Both the position numbers and the translations under genes were made by a program. This document shows, in pieces, positions 9,626-20,121 of a stretch of 64,000 nucleotides of DNA. This DNA is from an uncultured Candidatus Rokubacteria bacterium. Its GTDB lineage: Bacteria; Methylomirabilota; Methylomirabilia; Rokubacteriales; CSP1-6. Each line of letters opens with the position of its first letter. Position 1 is the stretch's first letter. The notes below the pieces were generated by a model, which saw only the letters and a list, made by a program, of their open reading frames with translations, did not search any database and had not been told where the DNA came from. Location of the stretch: positions 928,001-992,000 of the forward strand of contig CAVYTA010000005.1 of assembly GCA_963771355.1 (NCBI GenBank), given 5' to 3'.

Positions 9626-12430
9626 CTATCGCGCTTCCTTGAAGGCGCCGTCCGACTCGGCGCCGCGGCGCGGCTTCCACTCGAGCGAGTAGTATTCCCC
9701 GCGGTCACGGGCCCAGGGGTCGAACGCGTTGACCACGTGGTCCAGCTCCGGCGCCAGCTCGGGGATGGCCCGGAGCAGCACCCGCTTCAGCGGCGAGACC
9801 TCCATCTCGTGACCGTTGGGCTGGCCCTTCTCCATGCGCGAGTCGGGGCCGTTCTGGTTCACCCACTGCACGCCGAGGTGGGTGTAGAACTCCGGCCGGA
9901 AGCTGGAGGTGAAGAACCGGTCGCTGAACAGCCGGCGCGAGGCGTTGAGGATGAACACCTGGAACTGCGTCTCGGAGATGGCGAAGCCGTGGGGCCGGGG
10001 GAACTCCGCCAGCCAGCCGACCACGGTGTCGACGTCCTCGACGTTGTCGACGAGCGAGCCGTCGGGATGGCCGAGGCAATCGGTGATCCGGCTGCCGTCG
10101 GCGTTGACCTGCGCGTCGGTGATGACCTTGGACGCGTCGCACCGGTGCTGCCCGTAGACTTGCCGCAGCAGGCCCACCAGCCGCTCCTGCTCCAGCCGCT
10201 CGGGCGAGCCCTTGGCCAGGCGCGTGTCGACGAAGTCGTCGAAACGGGTGAGCTGGCGCAGCCCGTACTGCCGCCGGAACTCGTTGAAGCGCGGGACGCC
10301 GCGCTCGCGGTCCCGGATCAGGTCCAGCGCGGCGACGTCGATCTTGCCCGTCGCGCTCTGCAGCCGCGGCAGCTCGAGGTTCTGGAGGAACTGCGGGTGG
10401 TTCTGCAGGGTGAGGGCGCCCAGGCGCTGCCGGCCCATCGAGAGCGCCCAGCTCGCGAGCCCGCGCTCGCGCATCGCCTGGGTGGCGCGCCCGCGGAACG
10501 ACTCGACCACGGGGACCTTCATGCGCACCAGGTTGGGATCGGCGTCCCACTGCCGGTACTCGATCAGGTCGGGGACGAGGGCATGCAGGCGATAGACGGT
10601 GACGAACTCCTCCGGGAAGTTGAACGGCGAGCCGAAGTGGTTGACCCCGCCGTTGACGTGCTCCGGGTTGGCCAGGCTCCAGGGGGCGCCGTCGGTCGTC
10701 TTGCCGCTGCCCAGGCCGAAGATTCCGGGCCCGGACGCGAAGACCGAGTACCACTGCGTGGTGGCCTTCTCGTCCGTCGAGGTCCCGAGGCGGGCGGTGA
10801 TGCGCTCGAGCGCCCGCTCGACGAGCTCGCGGCCGCGGAAGAGCCCGTGCCAGTTGGCGTTCATGCCCAGGTAGAGTGGCTCGTCATAGAGGAGCTGCGG
10901 TGTCCATTCGGTGGTGTGGATCTTGGCGATCCCCGCCGAGACCACGAGCCGCGCGACCTCGAAGAGCTCGTCGGCGGTGATGTCCCGATAGCGGATGACC
11001 AGGGCCGGCCGGTCGGGGTGGCGGAGCCCGGAGTCGGCATCAGGCGTCGCCGCCGCCTGCGTGCGGAAGGCGTCGACGAAGAGGTTGTGCTCGCGGGCGA
11101 ACACCGTGTGGTAGAAGCTCATCCCGATCGTCCAGTTGTCCGGGAAGCCGGTGGCCTCCTGGCCCGCCCACTGCGGCAGCATGGGATCGGACGGCTCGAG
11201 CAGCGGCAGGTAGCCCTGCCGCTCACCCGCGCCCGCCCGCTGGCCGAGGGAGACCAGCAGGAGCTTCGCGGCATCGCTGGGCGCGCGCTTCACGCGGCGG
11301 CGGGATGTCTCGTCGTGGCCGTAGATCTGCGAGGCGTCCCACCACGCGGTCACGTTGTTGTGCGTGGTCCGGTATGGCCGCGCCAGGTGCTCCTTGCCGC
11401 CGTGGCTGAAGGTCGCCGGGTCGCCGCTCTCGGCGATGAGCGCGGGGTCCACGCGGTCGCCCGGGCGACACCCCTGCGACGCCGCCGCGCAGCCGACCGC
11501 CATCGTCCCCGGCCCGTTCCGTCCCTCCTGCAGGTGGGAGAACCAGTCGTGCGTCATGAACTGGATCCAGAACGCGGCAAGCACGTTGAAGAACGGCGCC
11601 TTCTTGTAGTCGCAGTGGGCGTCCGCCGGCGCGCCCGGCAGGCCGTGGCCCTCGCGGCAGCGCTCCGGCTGCGACTGCGCCCGCGTGAAGAGCGTGCGGC
11701 TGATCACCTGCGGGTCCGGCGTGAGCAGACCCAGCCGATCGCCGTGGCGGTTGCGGGCGAGCGCGTCCTTGCCCAGCTCGGGGAACGTCGCCTCGAACTG
11801 CACGTTGCGGGCGAACGGCTGCTGCGACGATCCCATCAGCGGGTTCGTGATGTCGTTGCAGAGGCCGGTCAGGTGGCGGAAGCGGATCTGCTCACTTCGG
11901 CACACTTGCGTCCCGTCGCCGCCCACCGCCTCGTAGAGCGCGTGCCCCTTGGGAAGCCGCATCGCGGGCCAGACTTTCAGCGCCCGCCCGGCCACACCGT
12001 CGCGCCCGCGCACATAGTCCGGGTACGTGCCGCTGCTGTCGAACAGGTTGAACTTGATCAGCTCGATGCGCTGATACTCGAGATCGAGGAGCGCGCCGTC
12101 GATGCCCCGGCCGTCGGCGTCGAGGTGACCGGTCCCCGATCCGGGGAAGCGGCTGCCCGCGTCACCCGTTGCCCAGTAGCTCTGCCAGTCGAGCCAGGGC
12201 ACGCCGCGCCACGCCACCGCCCGCTCGCCGCCCCGGCAGCGCGCGGTGTCCTCCTGGACCTTTCCGAGGAATCGCTCGGCGCGCTCCTCGCCGATGGGAC
12301 GAAGCCCGCCCAGCGCCAGCCCGAGGCAGGCATCGATGGTTTCCCGCTTGGCGGCACAGCCTGCGAGGGTTACGGCGACGGTGAGGGTCGCCACGAGGCC
12401 GGCGACGGCGGGCGAGCTGGACAGGAGCAT
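9626..12430 (-). CDS. Heme peroxidase-cyclooxygenase superfamily protein, fatty acid alpha-dioxygenase-like; putative lipoprotein
   Basis: WIQFMTHDW, TAWWDASQIYG, AKIHTTEW, EEFVTVYRLH, RDRERGVPRFNEFRR, GFAISET, ASRRLFSDRFFT; LAGC lipobox; AGGAGG RBS before ATG 12430. Confidence 0.87.
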   Translation of the reverse strand: MLLSSSPAVAGLVATLTVAVTLAGCAAKRETIDACLGLALGGLRPIGEERAERFLGKVQEDTARCRGGERAVAWRGVPWLDWQSYWATGDAGSRFPGSGTGHLDADGRGIDGALLDLEYQRIELIKFNLFDSSGTYPDYVRGRDGVAGRALKVWPAMRLPKGHALYEAVGGDGTQVCRSEQIRFRHLTGLCNDITNPLMGSSQQPFARNVQFEATFPELGKDALARNRHGDRLGLLTPDPQVISRTLFTRAQSQPERCREGHGLPGAPADAHCDYKKAPFFNVLAAFWIQFMTHDWFSHLQEGRNGPGTMAVGCAAASQGCRPGDRVDPALIAESGDPATFSHGGKEHLARPYRTTHNNVTAWWDASQIYGHDETSRRRVKRAPSDAAKLLLVSLGQRAGAGERQGYLPLLEPSDPMLPQWAGQEATGFPDNWTIGMSFYHTVFAREHNLFVDAFRTQAAATPDADSGLRHPDRPALVIRYRDITADELFEVARLVVSAGIAKIHTTEWTPQLLYDEPLYLGMNANWHGLFRGRELVERALERITARLGTSTDEKATTQWYSVFASGPGIFGLGSGKTTDGAPWSLANPEHVNGGVNHFGSPFNFPEEFVTVYRLHALVPDLIEYRQWDADPNLVRMKVPVVESFRGRATQAMRERGLASWALSMGRQRLGALTLQNHPQFLQNLELPRLQSATGKIDVAALDLIRDRERGVPRFNEFRRQYGLRQLTRFDDFVDTRLAKGSPERLEQERLVGLLRQVYGQHRCDASKVITDAQVNADGSRITDCLGHPDGSLVDNVEDVDTVVGWLAEFPRPHGFAISETQFQVFILNASRRLFSDRFFTSSFRPEFYTHLGVQWVNQNGPDSRMEKGQPNGHEMEVSPLKRVLLRAIPELAPELDHVVNAFDPWARDRGEYYSLEWKPRRGAESDGAFKEAR

Positions 12431-12552
12431 GGGGCACCTCCTACTTCGGGTCGGAGCGGCTGCGGAGATTCTATACTCGGGCGGAGGAAAGCGTGTCATC
12501 GCCGGTCGAACTTCGGGCGCTCGACCCCGCCCGGGTGCGCTAGGATCGCCCC

Positions 12553-13404
12553 ATGGTCGAGGTGCGGCGACTGGGTCCCCAGGTCGGGGCCGAGGTGCGG
12601 GGCGTCGACGTCCGGACGCTCGACGACGCCGGGTTCGCGGCGGTCTACCGCGCGTGGCTCGACTGCAACGTCCTCGTGATCCCGGAGCAGGACCTCGCGA
12701 TCGAGGACTTCCTGCGCTACAGCCGCCGCTTCGGGGTGATCCACCCGCACCCCTCGAAGATGACTCGACACCCCGAGCATCCCGAGATCACCCTGCTCGG
12801 GGTGGACAAGTTCGGGCCCGACGGCGCGCTCGACATGGCGATCTACCGGCGGGGCGCCGAGGGCTGGCACACCGACGGCGCCTACGACGAAGAGCCGTTC
12901 AAGGCCACCCAGCTCTACGCCCTTGCGGTGCCGAGCCGGGGCGGCGACACGCACTTCGCCAGCATGTACGCGGCGTACGACGCGCTGCCCGCGCCGCTGA
13001 AGGCGCGCCTCGAGGGCCGGCGCGGGGCCTTCACCTACGGCGGCCGTAAGAAGGCCACCGCCCTGCTCGACCAGGAGGACCGTGAGTGGACACCGGTCCA
13101 CCACCCGATCGTCCGGACGCACCCGGAGACCGGGCGGAAGGCGCTCTACTTCGATCCCGGCAAGATCCTGCGCATCGAGGGGGTGGAGGCGGCCGAGAGC
13201 GACGCGCTCATCGAGGAGCTCACCGAGCGCATGATCCAGCCCGGCGGCGAGTACACCCACCGCTGGCGCAAGGGAGACGTCGTCATCTGGGACAACCGCT
13301 GCTCCTACCACAAGGCGGCGGGCGACTACCCGCCCGAGGAAGACCGCATCCACTGGCGCGTGTCCATCAAGGAAAGCCCGGGCCCCTCGAGCGCAGCCGC
13401 CTGA
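12553..13404 (+). CDS. TauD/TfdA family dioxygenase
   Basis: WHTDG, GGDTHFA, HPIVRTHPETGRKALY, WDNRCSYH. Confidence 0.9.
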   Translation: MVEVRRLGPQVGAEVRGVDVRTLDDAGFAAVYRAWLDCNVLVIPEQDLAIEDFLRYSRRFGVIHPHPSKMTRHPEHPEITLLGVDKFGPDGALDMAIYRRGAEGWHTDGAYDEEPFKATQLYALAVPSRGGDTHFASMYAAYDALPAPLKARLEGRRGAFTYGGRKKATALLDQEDREWTPVHHPIVRTHPETGRKALYFDPGKILRIEGVEAAESDALIEELTERMIQPGGEYTHRWRKGDVVIWDNRCSYHKAAGDYPPEEDRIHWRVSIKESPGPSSAAA

Positions 13405-13408
13405 TCCC

Positions 13409-15145
13409 TCATCCGCGGCATCCGCCCGGCACCCCGAGCGGCTGCCGTCCCCCTGGTCGTATCCACACCTGCCCGTTCCGGTACCGGTTGATGGTCCAGT
13501 CATCGACGACGCAGACAAACCCCGCCCGGCGCGCGTAGTCGATCAGCGCGGCGTCCATGGGCGGGTTCCAGTGGAAGCGAAAGGGACCGAAGCCGCCCAC
13601 GATCGCGGCGGGAGGCGAGACGGCGAACAATGTGTCGAGCGTGGCCGGCCCCACCCCGCGCAGCTTCGCTACCCGTTCCGCGGAATAGGCGTCCGCGCTG
13701 CGAAAGAAGAAGGGGCCCGCGGCGAATTCCGGGAGCACGCGATTCACGTCCATGACGACGATGGGAAACAGCGTGGCGACGTGCCCCGCCACGCCGTGCT
13801 GCGCGAGGATCTGCGCAATCCAGACGGCGCTGCGGTGAGTCTGGATGCCCGTCCAGTGATCCAGGTCCGCACTCCGCACGAGCAGGCGACCGTAACTCTG
13901 GAAAGCCGGGACGGCGGGCGCGAGACTGACGATCAGCAGCGCCGCCGCCAGCCATCGAGGAAGGCCGGGTCGGGCCGCGGCATAGGCGCGTCCCGCCAGC
14001 AAGGTGCCGAGCGCCGCCACCGGCGCGAAATACATCGCAAACGGGCCGACCAAGGTGGCGAACGTCAGGGCGCCTCCGAACAATCCCGCCAGCGCGATCG
14101 TTCGCGCGTCCCAGTGGCGTGGACGCCAGTGCTCCCGAAACCCGCGGCGGGCCAGAACGATCGCGGAAAAGGCGAAGATGCAGAGGATGGTGGCGTTGCC
14201 GTGGCGGATCATTTGTCCCGGCAAGGACCTCACCTTGCGCTCGAGGGTCAGCAAATCGCCAATACCTTGCGCGCGATACCAGTCATACCCCGCGGTCAGG
14301 TGAAACTGCAGCGTCAAGAACACGAAGCGGTCCTGGTGGACCACCAGGTAATAGATCAGCGGGAGTATGGCCAGGGTGGCTCCGGCCAGGAACGATCCGG
14401 TGCGCGGGGCGCGAAAGGGCCGATTCGCTTCGCGGCGGACGTACTCGTCGTACAGGAAGGTGGCGGCCAGCACCGGGGCGGCAAAGAGATACGTATACTT
14501 TGTCGCCGCCGCCAGCGCCACGAAGAAGCCCCCCGACATCGTCCGGGCGGCGCTCTGCGAGATCGCGCCATCCGCGCCGAGACAGAGCCGCAGTCCCACC
14601 AGCAAGAAGACCAGCGGCATGATGTCATTCCGGGAGTAGACCAGGGGACCCTTGGTGAACGGAGACGTCGCGAACGCGAGGACCAGCGCCAAGGCGCCGA
14701 CTCGACCGGTCCCGCAGGAGCGCAGCAGGGAAAAGAGTAGCGCACAGGAGCCGAACGCCAAGAGCCAGGTCACCACACGCGCGGCCAGCAGGTACCAGCC
14801 GTCGAGCGCGTCGAAGACCACGCCCAGGATCCAGGTGTAAAGCGGGGGTTGAAAGGAGATGAAGTCGCGATACACGGACAGCCCCCGCGCAAAATATGCG
14901 CCCGCCACGTACTGCTCCTCGTCGTAGTTCAACCGTGTCGTCATGGCGGCCGCGAACAGGACCACGGCAAGGGCGACGAAGGCAGCGGTGAGCGCGAGGC
15001 GGGTGGCGAGTCGACTCTTACCCCACTTAAGCGTTACGCGGATCCATTCCGACCACCGGGAATCAAGAAAATCAATGCCAGTGGCGGCCAGACGCGGGAG
15101 AAACACGAACCCCACTATACTCCGCGATCTGCCGGCGCCCATCAA
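13409..15145 (-). CDS. Polytopic membrane glycosyltransferase (GT-C / ArnT-PMT-like); start uncertain
   Basis: DEEQY after TM1, YRDFISFQPPL, many TM helices, LAAATK. Confidence 0.65.
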   Translation of the reverse strand: MMGAGRSRSIVGFVFLPRLAATGIDFLDSRWSEWIRVTLKWGKSRLATRLALTAAFVALAVVLFAAAMTTRLNYDEEQYVAGAYFARGLSVYRDFISFQPPLYTWILGVVFDALDGWYLLAARVVTWLLAFGSCALLFSLLRSCGTGRVGALALVLAFATSPFTKGPLVYSRNDIMPLVFLLVGLRLCLGADGAISQSAARTMSGGFFVALAAATKYTYLFAAPVLAATFLYDEYVRREANRPFRAPRTGSFLAGATLAILPLIYYLVVHQDRFVFLTLQFHLTAGYDWYRAQGIGDLLTLERKVRSLPGQMIRHGNATILCIFAFSAIVLARRGFREHWRPRHWDARTIALAGLFGGALTFATLVGPFAMYFAPVAALGTLLAGRAYAAARPGLPRWLAAALLIVSLAPAVPAFQSYGRLLVRSADLDHWTGIQTHRSAVWIAQILAQHGVAGHVATLFPIVVMDVNRVLPEFAAGPFFFRSADAYSAERVAKLRGVGPATLDTLFAVSPPAAIVGGFGPFRFHWNPPMDAALIDYARRAGFVCVVDDWTINRYRNGQVWIRPGGRQPLGVPGGCRG

Positions 15146-15181
15146 AGTGGGCGTCGTGGAGCGCGTGAACCGCCCCGGCGA

Positions 15182-16534
15182 CTACCCCAGGAAGTCGCGG
15201 CAGAGCTCTTCCCACATCATGGCGGACAGGCGCAGGCTCTCCGTGTCCACACGCTCGTTGTGCCCGTGGAACATGATCGGGTACTCGGTGTAGGGGATAC
15301 GCGTGGAGTGCAGGCCGAAGCCGTAGGCGGGGATGCCCTTCCAGCGAAAGAAGCGCGCATCGGTGCCACCGGTGGTCATGGCCGGCACCACCGTGCTGCC
15401 GGGCATGAGCGTGCCGGCCACGCGCGACATGGCCCGCATGATCGGCGTGTCGAGGGAGGAGAGTGAGCCGCCGCGCCGCCGGTTGGGCGGGGTGTCGATG
15501 GTCACGCGGTCGGCGAGATCGCCCATCGCCTCTTTCAACATGGCCTCCACCTCGTCCGACGTGATCCCGGGCAGGGCGCGGATGTCCACCTGGATCTCGA
15601 CTCGATCGGGAATCACGTTCACCTTGCTGCCCCCGTGCGCCACGTTGGGCGAGAACGTGGTGTGGGTGCAGGCATGGGCCTCGCGAGCGAGGGTGGCGTT
15701 GTCCATGTCGCGCGCGGCCTTCCACACCCGATCGGGATCGACGAGGGCGGCGGTGAGGTCGGGGTCCAGCTCCAGCGCGGTGATGTAGTTCTTCCACGCA
15801 TCCAGGATGCGCGCGGCCGGCCGGTAGTCGGCGATGCGCTGGATGATGATGGCCGCGGTGACCAGCGCATTGTCGGTGCGGAACGGACGCGAGCCATGCC
15901 CCGGGGTGCCGTGGACGACCAGGCGGCGCCAGTTGCCGCCCTTCTCGCCCACCGACACGCGCAGCTTGTACCCCGAGGGTGTCGGGATGGGCACGCCGCC
16001 GCTCTCGGTCACCACGTAGTCGCACTTCACCGCGTCGAACTCGTGCTCGACCAGGTGCTCGGCGCCGTAGACGCCGCCCGCCTCCTCGTCCGCGACCGCG
16101 AGATAGATGAGCGTCCCGCGGGGCCGCCAGCCGGTGGTGCGCAGCCGGCGCGTCGCCACCGCCATGGTCGAGGTGAGGTTGAGCATGTCGATGGCCCCGC
16201 GCCCCCACACCACGCCGTCCACCAGCTCGGCGGCGAAGGGATCGCGCTTCCAGCCCGACGGGCTCACCGGGACCACGTCGGTATGCCCCATGAGGAGCAG
16301 GGTGGCGGCCTTGGGGTCACTGCCCTGGATGCGCGTGATGAGGCTCATGCGCCCCGGGGAGGATGTGTAGCGCTCGCAGGACAGCCCCGACCCCGCGAAG
16401 TAGCTCTCCAGCGCATCGCAGCTCCGCGACTCGCCCCCCGACGATTCCTCGCCGGTATTCACGCAGGCGTTGCGGATCAGCGTGCGGAGCAGCTCGGTGG
16501 ACTCGGTCTCGATGGTGGCTTCGGTGGTGGGCAT
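15182..16534 (-). CDS. M20/M25/M40 family metallohydrolase
   Basis: MGHTDVVP, WGRGAIDM, ADEEAGG, GGTDARFF, HGHNER. Confidence 0.9.
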   Translation of the reverse strand: MPTTEATIETESTELLRTLIRNACVNTGEESSGGESRSCDALESYFAGSGLSCERYTSSPGRMSLITRIQGSDPKAATLLLMGHTDVVPVSPSGWKRDPFAAELVDGVVWGRGAIDMLNLTSTMAVATRRLRTTGWRPRGTLIYLAVADEEAGGVYGAEHLVEHEFDAVKCDYVVTESGGVPIPTPSGYKLRVSVGEKGGNWRRLVVHGTPGHGSRPFRTDNALVTAAIIIQRIADYRPAARILDAWKNYITALELDPDLTAALVDPDRVWKAARDMDNATLAREAHACTHTTFSPNVAHGGSKVNVIPDRVEIQVDIRALPGITSDEVEAMLKEAMGDLADRVTIDTPPNRRRGGSLSSLDTPIMRAMSRVAGTLMPGSTVVPAMTTGGTDARFFRWKGIPAYGFGLHSTRIPYTEYPIMFHGHNERVDTESLRLSAMMWEELCRDFLG

Positions 16535-16535
16535 G

Positions 16536-17489
16536 CTAGGTCCTCCGGGGGCTGGCGTCGACGGCGGGGCGGATCTCGCGGGCGAAGCGTTCGAAGATCG
16601 CCACCATGTCGTCGAGGTCGCGGTAGCGGGCTTCCAGGAGGAAGGAGCCGACCCCGAGCTCCCGGTAGCGTCGGATGTCGGCGACGATCTGGTCGGGCGT
16701 GCCCTGCAGCGGCTTGCGGTCGGCGCCGCCGGGCGTGTCGCGGAAGGAGAGCCCCACGCGGAGTGTGATGGCGAGGTCCGCGAATTCCCGGTTGCGCTTC
16801 GCGCACTCCTCGCGGAGCCGCGCGATGTCGCGCTCGAAGGCATCCGGCGGCGTGAACGCGGCGTGCCAGCCGTCCCCCAGCTCGGCCACCCGGCGGAGCG
16901 CGCGTGGGGTATGGCCGCCCACCCAGATGGGGATGGCCTTGCGCGGCGGCGGGGGCACCACGCCGATCTCGTCGAAGGAGAAGAATTCCCCCTGATAGCG
17001 CGCGCGCTCTTCCGACCAGCAGGCGCGCATGATGCGGATGGCCTCGTCGGACCAGGCGCCCCGCCGGTCGTAGTTGCCGCCGAGGATCTCGATCTCCTCC
17101 CGCATCCAGCCCACCCCCACCCCGAGGATGACCCGGCCCTCGGCCAGGTGGTCGAGCGTGGCCAGCATCTTCGCGGCGAGCACGGGATGCCGGTGCGGGA
17201 GCACCAGGACGGTGGTGCCGAGCTGCGCGCGCTCGGTCACGCCGGCCACCAGCGCCAGGGTGGTCAGCGGCTCGAGGAACGCGGCGGTCGGCGGCAGGGG
17301 GAACTGGCCGCTGGGATTGTAGGGATACTTCGACTTGATGGTGTAGGGGAGCACCACGTGATCGCTGGCCCAGAGCGACTCGTAGCCCAGCGCTTCCATC
17401 TTCCGCGCGAAGGCCAGGACATTGCCGCGGGTGGCGATGGGGCCGAATACCGGCAGGTGGCAGCCGAAGGTCAGCGGGGCGGCGGGCAT
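16536..17489 (-). CDS. LLM class (F420-dependent-type) oxidoreductase
   Basis: WASDHVV, LGTTVLVLPHRHP, GRVILGVGVGW, IWVGG. Confidence 0.88.
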   Translation of the reverse strand: MPAAPLTFGCHLPVFGPIATRGNVLAFARKMEALGYESLWASDHVVLPYTIKSKYPYNPSGQFPLPPTAAFLEPLTTLALVAGVTERAQLGTTVLVLPHRHPVLAAKMLATLDHLAEGRVILGVGVGWMREEIEILGGNYDRRGAWSDEAIRIMRACWSEERARYQGEFFSFDEIGVVPPPPRKAIPIWVGGHTPRALRRVAELGDGWHAAFTPPDAFERDIARLREECAKRNREFADLAITLRVGLSFRDTPGGADRKPLQGTPDQIVADIRRYRELGVGSFLLEARYRDLDDMVAIFERFAREIRPAVDASPRRT

Positions 17490-17495
17490 GGGAGA

Positions 17496-19088
<1,593 letters not shown>

Positions 19089-19182
19089 GCCGGGTATCCG
19101 GGGGACGGTCCCGCTGGGTTTCGCGTCGCGGCGATCATGGGAGGCGGCCCATTCTAGCGGATCGCGGCGGCCCCGGAAAGCG

Positions 19183-19884
19183 TCACCGTTCGATGACGAT
19201 GTGGTCGAAGGTCTCCGCGTACGCATAACCTTTCGGCTTGCCCAGCTCGGCGTTCCGCTCGCGTACGCGCTTCTCGACGGCGGCGAAGTCCTTGAACTGG
19301 CTCGCGTGACAGGCCAGCGCCTTGAGCTTGAGATCCATGGTCTCGGTGATGTCCACCACGATCTCGGGCGTGTCCCACCACATGAGATAGACCTCCTTCA
19401 CCTTGTGGGGCTCGAGGCCCTGGGCGAGGAGCTCGGGGAAGGCCATGTGGTCGCGGGCGAGGGGATAGACGCAGTCCAGCGCGATCCCGGCGGCGGCGCG
19501 ATGGTCGCGGTGAGAGGCGCCGAGATTCTTGGTGCGGTGGGGATTCTGGACGATGAGGAGATCGGGCCGATGCCGGCGGATCTGGGCGGTAACCGCCATG
19601 CGGCTCGCGCGCGTGTTCTCGAGCTCGCAGTCGGGAAAGCCGAGGAACTCCACGGTCTCCACCCCGAGGACCCGCGCGGCATTCTGCTGCTCCTCCTCGC
19701 GGATCTCCGCGAGGCGCTCGGGGGTCATGGTGCGGTCGCCGGAGCCCTTGTTGCCGTTGGTGACGATGCAGTAGGTGACGTGCTTGCCCTCCCGGACCAG
19801 CCGGGCCACCGTCCCGCCCGCGCCGAACTCGGAATCGTCCGGATGGGCGGTCACCACCATCACGCGCTGGATACGCTCGGTCAT
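19183..19884 (-). CDS. PIG-L/LmbE family deacetylase
   Basis: AHPDDSE and HRDH motifs. Confidence 0.88.
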   Translation of the reverse strand: MTERIQRVMVVTAHPDDSEFGAGGTVARLVREGKHVTYCIVTNGNKGSGDRTMTPERLAEIREEEQQNAARVLGVETVEFLGFPDCELENTRASRMAVTAQIRRHRPDLLIVQNPHRTKNLGASHRDHRAAAGIALDCVYPLARDHMAFPELLAQGLEPHKVKEVYLMWWDTPEIVVDITETMDLKLKALACHASQFKDFAAVEKRVRERNAELGKPKGYAYAETFDHIVIER

Positions 19885-19917
19885 GGATTCTCCTTTCCCC
19901 GCCTTATAATGCGGGCC

Positions 19918-20121
19918 GTGGCGAAGAAATCAAGCAGTCTCTTGCTGCTCGCCGTCCTCGTGGTCTTCGCCATCATCGGAGCCCTGCCCGGCGAGGTGGC
20001 GCAGATCCGGGTCGGCCCGCTCTCGCTGCTCTGGTGGTGGGGCGGCGTGCTCGGACCGCTGGTCGCCGTGCTGGCGGCTCTGGTCCCGGCGGGCACGCGC
20101 GACGAGCCCAGCGCCGAATGA
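19918..20121 (+). CDS. Small two-TM membrane protein, possibly a sodium:solute symporter small subunit
   Basis: Two hydrophobic segments; ATGA overlap with next gene; TATAAT 7 nt before GTG. Confidence 0.5.
   Translation: MAKKSSSLLLLAVLVVFAIIGALPGEVAQIRVGPLSLLWWWGGVLGPLVAVLAALVPAGTRDEPSAE

Noticed and set aside
9554..12679. Long antisense and alternate-frame ORFs (also 22996..25545, 35989..38385, 54251..56470 and others)
   Set aside because: They are shadow ORFs of real genes caused by stop-codon scarcity at high GC, with no family motifs.
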